DNA of 64,000 bases from Eledone cirrhosa (taxonomy: Eukaryota): the NCBI GenBank assembly GCA_964016885.1, contig OZ024740.1:373736001-373800000 (forward strand). The letters are read 5' to 3'. A program made the position numbers and the translations under genes. Under the pieces are notes generated by a model. That model did no database searches, was not told the origin of the DNA, and saw nothing but the letters and a program-made list of their open reading frames with translations. Shown piece by piece: positions 53,811 through 64,000 of this stretch (within the stretch, counting starts at the first letter, position 1; each line of letters starts with the position of its first letter).

Positions 53811-54963
53811 TTCCACAGATCCTACACAGTGGGCTAGCCTCTTCATTGTAAATATGGTGTTTCACCCACTTCACTCTGAGGGCCTGCTCTTGTGCAGCCA
53901 TTAGCATTCCTTCTGTAGCCTTTTTAAGGTCTCCTCTTTTTACCCAGTTCCATGTCTGTGGATCTCTAAATTAAGTTTTCTCAAAGAAGGTATTATGAAG
54001 GGATTTTTTATGAAGGTTGCTCTTCCCCCTTGCTGTTATTTCTTCCTTGGACATCCGCTGCTCTATTGTCCTCTTCTTCAGTACAATTCTGAGCATTGGC
54101 TCCCTACTGTCAGTCACGTATGTGTGCAAGTTATTTTTTCTCCATCTGAAAGCAGTCCTCTATGCTGATAAGACCTATTCCACCCTAAACTCTCTTTAAG
54201 TAGAGTCTATCGACATCACTGCTTTTGTGGAACATGTTGTAGATAGTCAATAGCATCCTAGTCTTCCTATCCATTTGTTTTTGTTCAGCAACATTCCATT
54301 TCAGAATTCCCGCAATGTACCTGATAATAGACACAACTCGGGAATTCACTTCACTTATGACATTCGTACTATTGTTAAATGTGATTTTAATACGTTCCTT
54401 ACTCTCCTAATGTACTCAGATCTTATCAATTCCTTCATTTTTGTTTGTTCTTGATGTCATCTGCCTTCAGAACTCTTAAATATTTGTATCCTTCTTCAGT
54501 GTCAATGTCCTTTATAATATCACCTGTTGGTACATGGATTCCGTTGCTTCTGCTCAATTTACCCCTCTTCATCACTAGGACTCCACACTTATTAATACCA
54601 AATTGCATACATATATCATTGCTGAAAATACGGACAGTGTAAACAAGTACATCCAACTCTTTCTCACTCTTCCCTAAAAGTTTAAGATCGTCCATAAAGA
54701 GGAGGTAAGCTCTGATTCTCCCAACTTGTATCCTGCTCTCTCTTTTCGCAGTATAATGGTCAGGGGTATCAGGGCAAGGACAAACAACAGAGGGGACAAA
54801 CTATCTCCCTGGAAGATACCCCTCTTGATCTTCACGATGTTAACTCTGTTTCGCAGGACTTCATACTTTTGCTCAAAAACTGTCTGATGTTATCTGCCAC
54901 CTTGAAGATCTCTAGGCTTTTGGATATCCAAGAATGAGGTACCATGTCGAATGCCTTTTTGTA
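53811..54963 (-). mobile_element. R4/Dong LINE internal fragment (copy D; RT to zinc knuckle)
   Basis: GIFQGDSLSPLLFVL, MDDLKLLG, EGYKYL and MLMAAQEQAL..CRICG. Same family as copies A-C but lacks the RLE and 3' UTR. Confidence 0.88.
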
Positions 54964-54986
54964 ATTATTTTTATTATTATTATTGT

Positions 54987-55332
54987 TCTTTGAGTCTCAG
55001 TCATTGATATTATTTAACTGGAAAGTTTGTTGAAATGGATATCAAGCCACTACATGCAGCCTCAGATATTCAGGACGTATCGGAGGGTTCTTGCTGTTCC
55101 CAGCAAGCATGTCCTGTGAAGTGTTCCAAAGAGCGGGGCTGGACTAATTATCTTTAACCATCCTTGGAAACTCTTTGAGATAGTACCTAGTGCGCCTATG
55201 ACAATACGGACCACTTTGACTTCATGGCAGTTCCAAATCCTTTTTACCTCCCACTTTAAGTCCTGGTATCGGTTAATTTTCTCCCTCTCCTTCTCTTTCA
55301 TTCTCGTGTCGAATGGGCAGGTTAAATCTACA
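54987..55332 (-). mobile_element. R4/Dong LINE, short 3' end (copy E)
   Basis: VDLTCPFD...LRYVLNI* plus the family 3' UTR. (AAT)n flanks. Confidence 0.9.
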
Positions 55333-55368
<36 letters not shown>

Positions 55369-55552
55369 GGCGGTGTATTGGCAGTATCAGTAGAGGGTCG
55401 GACGCCATGCTTGTATGCATAGTTACGTCCCTTTACGATCTGAGTTCGTATCCCGCCGAGGTTGACTTTGCCTTTCAACCTTACGGGATCGATAAAATAA
55501 AATACCAGTAATGCACTGGGTAATTGCTGGCCTTGTGCCTAAAGTAGAAACA
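55369..55552 (+). mobile_element. full-length SINE within (ATT)n
   Basis: Matches 17901-18084. Confidence 0.9.
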
Positions 55553-55570
55553 ATTATTATTATTATTATT

Positions 55571-58500
55571 GAATGCTATGGTTGACGGAGGCTCGGCTCT
55601 CTAAAGTATAGTCATTTTTAACCGTTATACAATTGTAAATTGTTTAAAACTTGAACCAAATTGTAGATAAAGACACCCTCCTCCTCGAGCGAGGGGTCTT
55701 TCTGCCCGTTATTTGGCCCTTCGGGGTTAAATAACCGCTTATTGGGGTTTTGTGGCCAACATTCATTTTAAGCCGTAAAAAAAAAACATGGCTAAAAAAA
55801 AAGAATGTTCACAAGTCTTTCCCACTCCTTCCGTCTACTTCTTCCTCAATCGTCATTACGTCAGTGAAAAGATTGTCTCTCTCCCTCCCTTCTCTAAATG
55901 TATTGTCGCCTCTGTCGACTCTTTCGCAAGCGACGCCATTAAAGAAAAAGAAAAATGTAGTTTCTCGTAGCGTTCTTCATGAAGAGAACGCGCGTACCGT
56001 GGAACATTTCTCCACGACGACGACAACGACGAAAGATGTGTGCGGTAAATACGGAAAGCCATTTCAGTCGTCTGACGACAAGAACAATAGCAGCAGCAGC
56101 CGTAGTAACAGCAGCAGCAGCAACAGTGGCGAGGAAAATACTAGAAGCAGCCGCAACAACATCAGCAGCAGCATAAACGACAACAGCAGCAGAAGCAACA
56201 GCAACAACCACAGCAGCAGCAGCAAAAACAACAACAACAACCACAGAAACAGCGGCGGCGGCGGTCGTAGTATCAGTTTCAACAACAAAAGTACAAGCAG
56301 CCCTGGCGACAACAACAACATGAAAGAAAAACCAATCTCGTTTGCAGGTATCGCAAAGAACCTGGAAACCATCCTTATAACAAATGAGGAATTACAGGAA
56401 GCAAAGAAGATGGTGACAAAAACATGAGACCGGGTAATCTGCAAGCAGCCGAAGAATTTGTTGAAAACCAACAGCACTGTACGGTCACGTACCGTACAGT
56501 AAGCACAAAATCACGTAGGGTTGAAATAGCTACAGAGTCTCAAATACAAAAAGCCTTAGGGTCTGTGTGGCAGCGCAAAACGCATGTTACCCGAGGCAAG
56601 AAATATGCCACCGTGGACGTGCTTTTTGCCACACCCCAGGAGGCAAAGGCTCAATCCTTTGTGACCCTAAGGAACGAGGATATGGTGTTGGTGCTTTCCT
56701 ACTGCGGGCAAATAACTGTGAGCGTCAAACTGACACAAGTCCCCCCCTCCCCCCGGGATGGCCAATTCTTGTCTGGCCGCGTCTTTCCTCGTCGGAATCG
56801 AGGACAAAAATATCGTACTGCAAGTACAGAAAAAAGTTTGAGAAGGTTGGGTCGGCGCCTCCATTGAGATTTTATTTCAAACCAACCAGGAGTGCATCGA
56901 TGCTATCCCGGATGTGTTAGACTTCGATAACGGCACTCATCTTCCAATAAGTGTTGAGGGCAAAGGCCCGAAATGCTTTTGCTGTGGGTCGAAGACTCAC
57001 CTCAGGGCCTTCTGCAATGATAAGACCCTCAGAAAGGAGAAAACTCCCCTCCTTCCGAAACCGGCAGCACTGCTACCAGCAACAGGACAGGGGGCAAGGT
57101 CCGTGAAACCCATACCCACGCGACGGAAATCAAGAACAGCATCAGCAGTGGAAGTATTAACAACAACAACAACAGTAATACCAACTTCAGCTGCAACAGA
57201 GACTCCACTGCAACCATCACCAACAAGAACAAGTGAAATAGTGGAGCTGGTACACCTCCCCGACATCACAGAATCGGACATGACGTGTGAGGTGGAAGAG
57301 GGATAGCAAAAGGTCGCAGGAAGGCACAAACGCAGAAGCAGCGCATAGTCGCCTTCGAAAAGGGAGGGAAGAAATGAAAAAAGGGTAAAGGCTACTGCAA
57401 AGAGACTTACATCAGCAACACCATCAACACCATCACCACCAACACCATCACCACCCACACTAGCACTACCACCACCACCGGCGGAAACCCCACCGCCAAC
57501 AACAACACCTTCAACAACACCACCACAAGCACCAACATCGCAAACACAACAACAAAACCCACACACCCAGCAACAGCGACAAGGGAATAGCAGAACCACA
57601 CCCCACCCCCAGCAACAGCGACAAGAAAATAGCAGAACCACACCCCACCCTCAGAAAAAGAAATGCACAGCAATAAATACACACAACAAGAAACTAATGA
57701 CTTACATAATTGAACACACAGACATTTCACAGTATGACTACATAATACCAACACCAATCTCAAAACACCAACGAACATAAGACTGGTAAGAATATCACAG
57801 AAACAATACACAAACATTAAAATGATATTCCCCAAAGCAGTTGGGGATTTCAGAGACCTAGGAGGGACACTCAACCGGAGAGTATACTTGGATATACTCA
57901 CAGAAGAGCCGACGACTAGCCGATGGGACGATTCAACGGTCCTTTCACAAGACGATCAAGGTAAGTGATCCTTTCTCACTTGCCCCATTCCTCATCCAAC
58001 ATGGCCGTACTCAGAATAGGCAGTATAAATGCACGTGGCCTAGGGTCATCTTGGAAGTAGGGTCACCTGCTCACTTGTTCGGTGACCTCTTGGCAGACGT
58101 CTACTGCAACTGGCAGCAGAACGGGAGCAGTGGCGCTGCTGAGAAAAGACCCGAAAAAGGGGGATGTTATCGATATTTTCAGGCCCATAACCCTGTTAAA
58201 AGCAGAGTTCAAGATTTTGGCCAAGGTGTTAGCAAGTAGGTTGGCGCTTGTCGTCAAGGTACTCGTGGGAGAGGCACAGACATGCGCTATTCCGGACAGA
58301 TCCATACACGACAACCTCCACCTCATGCGATACATCATAGAGAGTGTGGTTAAGGAACCTGGCACGTGTGGGGCCTTGATCAACTTGGTTCAATCCAAAG
58401 CATTCGATAGGGTCGACCATCAGTACCTGTTGGTGGTCCTCGAGGCAGCCGGTTTCGGGTCCGTTTTCAGGGGTTGAATCGCTGCCATGTACAGCGACAT

Positions 58501-60321
58501 CTGCTCAGTTGTGAGGGTGAACGGTCACCTATCGCAGCTGTTCCGCATCGTGCGCTTAGTCCGCCAGGGTTGTCCCCCTCTTGTCCCTTGTGTACGTATT
58601 GTCTCTCGAACCGCTACTGCACAAACTGGGGGCGATGAGGGGCGTCCCACGCGAACTAGGTTGCGAGAAATCTGAGTCGGCTTATGGCGACAACGTCAAC
58701 GTGGTGGTGTCGAGCACCAGACACGCCCAGATGCTCGGCACCGCTCTCAAGGAATACGAAACGGTGAGAGGAGCATAGATAAACCATGAAAAGTCGGTGG
58801 ACTTGCCGCTCGGCACCTGGAGAGGCAAGTCCATGTCCTCCGACAGAGTCGTGGGGCGTTGGACGGACGGACCGTTAAATTGCTGGGGGTCCGGTTCGGA
58901 GCAGATCTCCAGATGAAGAAAAACTGGAACGAGGTGACGAGCAAGGTGGCCTCCCTCCCACAGAAATGGGCCGAGAGGAAGCTGTTCCGGAAAGGCCGGG
59001 CGGAGGTGGTGAATCCGTACATCGCATCCGTCGTCTGCTACAGCTTCACCGTCGTCCCTTGCCCCAGCTCAACTCTCACCAAAATGGAGCACCTCTTCTT
59101 CCGCTTTTTGTGTCCATCTGCTGTCAACACCCGTTGCGTGGAGGACTGCGCATGACATGGCTGATGATGCGCAAACATGCGCTGAGGCTGCGACATCTCT
59201 GGTGCTTTATTGACGGTGAACAGGTGTGGTCGCCGTTCGCCAGGCACGTTTTCCCACAGCTCGTCTCCTTGACGGAGCTGCAGACCTGGGTTAGAAAAAG
59301 ACCGAGAGATAGCGCTTGGAAACTGGAATGTCTCCAGGCGCTCACTGCCCTCTGCCAGCTGGGCACCAGTGTCGGTGGAACATCCACCTCGGCGTTCTAT
59401 AGAGGACTAGTGGAGGGGAAGAGCGACGACATTCTCGCAGAGATCCTGGGCGACGAAGATCAGCTGTTTGCACTCTTCCGGAGAACTTTCAGCCCGGGGC
59501 CTATGGATAACTTCCAAAAATCCCTGGCCTGGCAATGCTACCGGGGAGCGCTGCCGGTTCGAGATAAGCTCTACATGCACGTAAATGCCGTCAGCCGAGC
59601 CTGTCCGAGATACGCGCAGAGCGACGAAACCGTCGTGCACGCAATCGTTCAGTGCCCGTGCATTGCTGACTTGTGGAGCTATGTCGAACAGTTGCTGTCG
59701 CGTGTAGGACTGATCCGGTTATCGACTGAGTCCATTGTGCAGATGGTCTCGCCGTCTTCCTTCGAGGAGGAAGAGCAGGCGGTTTTCATCTGCCTAGTGG
59801 CCATGGCGAAAGAGATTGCGTGGTGGACAAGGTTGAAAGGGTTAAAGACAGACACTTTCCTCTTCGGCGAATCCCTAATTGACTTTTTCAAGTTTCACTT
59901 GAAGAGCAATATCAGGGTGGTGAGTCAAGTGCTGCCCTCTAGCAAGTTTGATGAAAGGTGGGTGAATGTAGCGGAATGGTCCGAGTAAACGGGACCGCTC
60001 TGAATATACGTCTATAGTTTGAGAGATGGAAAAATTGAGATAGGGCGCTTGACCTGGAGGTTAGGGTGGCCGTGGTGTTTTGTGTGGTTTTCGCCACGAG
60101 TAACCCTCGGAGGTTTCCCCCTTATTGGGGAATTTTTCATTGTTTCAATTTTCATTTTTATTGTTTATATATATATATATGTTTCTATGTCTTTTTTTCT
60201 TTTCTTATATAAATAATAAAAATATTTACACGTACAAAACCCACATCGAACCGTCATGTACCGTCCTGTGCCGTCTGTAATGTTTTTCTTGGTGTCAGCC
60301 CTTGTGCCCAATAAAGAAATC
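55571..60321 (+). mobile_element. Tx1-clade LINE copy 2, inserted in (ATT)n, endonuclease region deleted
   Basis: Colinear with 10034-15928. About 1.2 kb is missing at ~58073 (copy 1 positions ~12453-13679). Ends aataaagaaatc(ATT)n. Confidence 0.9.
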
Positions 60322-60804
60322 ATTATTATTATTATGAAAAGTTTGGTTTATGTTTTTCTATTTTAAATGAAAATACCCAAACACAATAAATTGAAAGGTA
60401 TTGAATTGAATAGTATATTGCTAATGTTCAGCTAAACAATTGACGCATATTTACGCGTTATCTGCTGGTATATATACAACATATATAAAAAATTGTATCA
60501 ACAAAAAATGTAAACAATGTTACGGCCTGAATTAGCTGTTATATGAAGCAGTGTTTTGTGGAATTGACATTAGTCCTTAACATTCATGAAAAATGTATAG
60601 TCGATTAAATTCATTTCTATGAAATAGTATTATTTCTTTCTTAAAGCTTGGATAATAAAGAAAAATGTAAATATATTGGAAACTGGAAATCTACATATCA
60701 GATATCGTCATATAATTGTATTTTAATAACTCCACATATTGAATACTTAATTGCAGTTTTCATATTAAACTAATGGCATTTATTATCGGGCCTTTCTAAG
60801 ATAC

Positions 60805-61000
60805 CATGAAACTGTTCTAGACGCACTCGTTCAATGCCCGTGAATTGCTCACCTGTACAGCTATGTTGAAAAATACACGTCACGTGTTGGACGGATCCGG
60901 CAACAAACTGTGTCTATCATGAATATCACCATATCCCCTTCTTTTACGAGTTTTCATATGTATGGTGGCTATAAGGCTATGGCCAAAGTGGTTGTATAGC
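60805..61000 (+). mobile_element. old Tx1-family 3' fragment
   Basis: gaaactgttctagacgcactcgttcaatgcccg...ggacggatccgg resembles 15286-15380. Confidence 0.7.
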
Positions 61001-61860
61001 GGAAATGACAACAACAGTTGGAAAAGTGTACTCATCGATGGTGTTCAGGGCCATTTTATATCTGGGGTGTTCTTCAATTAGACTTAGGTATTTAGTTCTC
61101 TACAAGAGAAGCGAATGCGTCCTCAAATAATTCTATATTCTTTATACCCAACGTCTATATTATGTATACATGATACGCTTTTTTTCTTCTCTATATAAAC
61201 GCCAACCATAATTTTGTAACTGTTTAAATTTCGGTGAAACGCGTTTTTGTTTTATTGTGTGCTTTGGGTTTGTGAGAAATATTGTTCTAAAAAATTCTAT
61301 CAAAACATAAGGAAATTACAAGTTTGTTTAAAACAGCCTGAAACCATCGCTCATATTTTTTTTCATGTGCAGCCATCTTTTGCCACAACATTATCTCAAC
61401 AGACATGATAGACATACAGAGCATATCCACTGGCTAATGTGAAAGGACATAGGACTGAGCTACAAGTAAAAACACTGGGAACACAAACCATAATCTTATA
61501 TCTATTGTCTATCGCCACTGCATTTACGATCATAGTTTGTGTACCCTGGCTATGTGAAATGTTATTTTTGGTGTTCTTATTTTCATTTTATAGAGAGTAG
61601 TTGATATCTTTCTCGTTTTATCCTTCTGACTTTGTCGTTGCTGTTATTATTCTGTTTAATTTCGCTATTCTTGCTGACCTCTCATATGTGATTGTTTTCG
61701 TATAACACTACTATGCTGGGGTATGATAAGTTTCAACGGCATAAAATAATATTTCGGGGTTATTTTCATACAGATTGCATTTGAACCTTGAAAGTGCCCA
61801 CAAGCAGGAGAAAACGAAAATCAAAATATGTTGTTTTTTTAAAAACATTTTCTTCTTCCT

Positions 61861-61909
<49 letters not shown>

Positions 61910-62199
61910 CACACGTATATTTATTTGAATTGACACGGAGCTCACACACAAAAACATAAATACGAAAATAATGAAACAAACATAAACTTTTGGTAGCATG
62001 GAAAGCTGAAACTGCTGTTGTTTATTTAAACACAACAATAGTCAATGACCATCGTAATTTTCCCGACGGAAACGTAAAATAATATTCACACATGTTTTCG
62101 GACGAAATAAACACCAATAATGTTTGGATTAAATGAACAAGTTTGTATTTTTCAAATATAACTTGCAAATGACAACCGGTGGGTGATTTCATTTAGACG

Positions 62200-63150
62200 A
62201 AGCTCTCACATGCGTGCCAGAAAATATGAAAGTTAGACAGTCTACAAAAACCATTACCTTTCTCTTCTTGTAGAAGAAATAGATACAAACTTTGATGGTT
62301 AACAATATTAAACCATAGAAAGGATACAAAACGTGGCTAGGGTTAATACAAATGTTTATGATTTACGAGAATTGTTTTCCTTTAGATACGAGATTTGTAT
62401 CATTTCAACAACAAAAGCATTCAAGGTTAAGAAATACTGTGTTAGAATGACCTGAGAGTGTTTACAGATCGTAACATTCTTAGAGAATAAGAAACAAATG
62501 TCAGCATAGGACATGGGTCAATCTAATTGATTGCATAGAAACAAATTGCTAACACTGACCATAGGGAAACTGATTGTGCATCTCATACAAATGAATACCC
62601 CAAGCACCACCATAACCAATTTGGAGTTAGAAACATTATTGATGACGTTCAGACTCAAACTGAAATCAATATTACATGTAAAAGTCGATTGAATCTAATT
62701 CACACATCTTACATTCCTAACATCATGAAAGCTATGTCTCTGAAAATATCCCAATTACACTATCCTATAATATAACGCATTGTACCTAGTTAAAACCAAT
62801 AAATATTACGTGAAATAATTGCATGGTGTCCGATAGGCAGACAATGAACTATCCAATGTTTGCTGTCAGTAACGAACGAAATATCGAAAACTACATAATG
62901 TCAAAAGCTAAATTTCTTTGATATGAAGTTGAACAAAAAGATTCATTTTTGATGAAGCAGACGGGTAGCTTAGCTGTTGCTTGGATTCCAAGCTATATAC
63001 AATGCATAGTACAAATGCTCTTTTGGTTAATATCTTTTGGGTTTGATCAAATAAGACCTTTATGAAACAGCGTTGATGCTCATAGTAATATATCAAAGAA
63101 ATTAGGACAAATATTAATATTCTTCAGATGTTATATACAAGTTTATATAA
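62200..63150 (-). pseudogene. possible decayed 7TM GPCR paralog
   Basis: Ordered remnants QKILTKRAFVLCIVYSL (TM1-like), LQIGYGGAW (ECL2-like) and LWFNIVNHQSLYLFL (TM7-like). Confidence 0.35.
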
Positions 63151-63284
63151 CATTTCTACCATAAATATTGTTTCGATTATTCTGTTTTTAAGATAACATT
63201 AATCGTCACAATCAAAAGTGTGCCACACATACCAACTTTTTTTATTTTTCAATCTTAGTTGGAGATGTTTAACATGAGCACAGC

Positions 63285-63865
63285 TAGAAGAAACCATTCT
63301 GCTCGCATGCATCCTGTGTTCCGTTATTGCTGATTTGTGAAGATTTGTAGAACAGCTATTGCTGCGGGTAGGACAGATCCGGCTATCGTCAACAACAGCT
63401 TACCGATCACCCTGCCGTCTTATTTCGTCCGGGAAGGGCAGGCAACATTCCTATGTCTGGTGTCTGTAGCGATAGAGATTTTGAAAGGACTGAAGAGTGA
63501 TATGTTTTGTTTTCCTATACGGCCAAGCACTCATCGACCTTATGAAGATCCACTTGGAAAACAAGTTCAGGGTGGACGGAGAAGTGCTGCCGCCATTATA
63601 TTAGTTTAATGGAGGGTAAATGTTGTGATGATGGACCGCGATAATGGGCCAACCCTGAGTATGTGGCTGCAGGCGTGAGAATTTAAGGGAGAGGAGGGCA
63701 CATTCCTTGGATGTGGTCTCGGATTCTGGAGCCCCTAAATCTTGTGGGAATTCTGTTGTTACTTACTTAATTGTTTTCTGTTTTTCCTTTTGGCTTTTTT
63801 GCACATTTATGTAAAAACCTACTGTCCCTGTTTATTTGTATTGTTCTTTATGTTGCAGCCGTAGT
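63285..63865 (+). mobile_element. old Tx1-family 3' end fragment
   Basis: GQATFLCLVSVAIEILKGLKSD resembles EQAVFICLVAMAKEI..KGLKTD; the 3' UTR is similar. Confidence 0.7.
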
Positions 63866-64000
63866 TGCAAAAGCGTGTGTATAGGATAGCATTCTCGTAA
63901 ATTCAGTGATTTTCACATGTTTAAAACATGTCTATAATACTTGGGCCTCTGGTCCAAATATTTAATTTTATACTCCAAATTTGTTTCCCCCCATTTTTTT

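Overview
AT-rich, repeat-saturated eukaryotic DNA. It is most consistent with a cephalopod (Octopus-like) genome, inferred from the dense (TA)n/(CA)n/(ATT)n microsatellites, R4/Dong LINEs, Penelope-like elements (PLEs) and a tRNA-type SINE. No intact host gene is visible. Main content: (1) two stacks of retroelements piled into (ATT/AAT)n microsatellites (about 7.9-17.3 kb and 51.8-60.3 kb). In both, R4/Dong LINEs lie on the minus strand and a Tx1-clade LINE with both termini present lies on the plus strand. The first stack sits inside a single split PLE. (2) Several PLE families and small non-autonomous derivatives in (TA)n tracts, many with recognisable type I hammerhead ribozyme motifs and inverted repeats, including a palindrome of about 3.7 kb. 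(3) Several SINE copies whose 3' tail resembles the Tx1 LINE 3' end. (4) Under the repeats, faint minus-strand remnants of what look like several tandem, intronless adhesion/Methuselah-like GPCR pseudogenes. All calls come from manual reading; no database searches were run.
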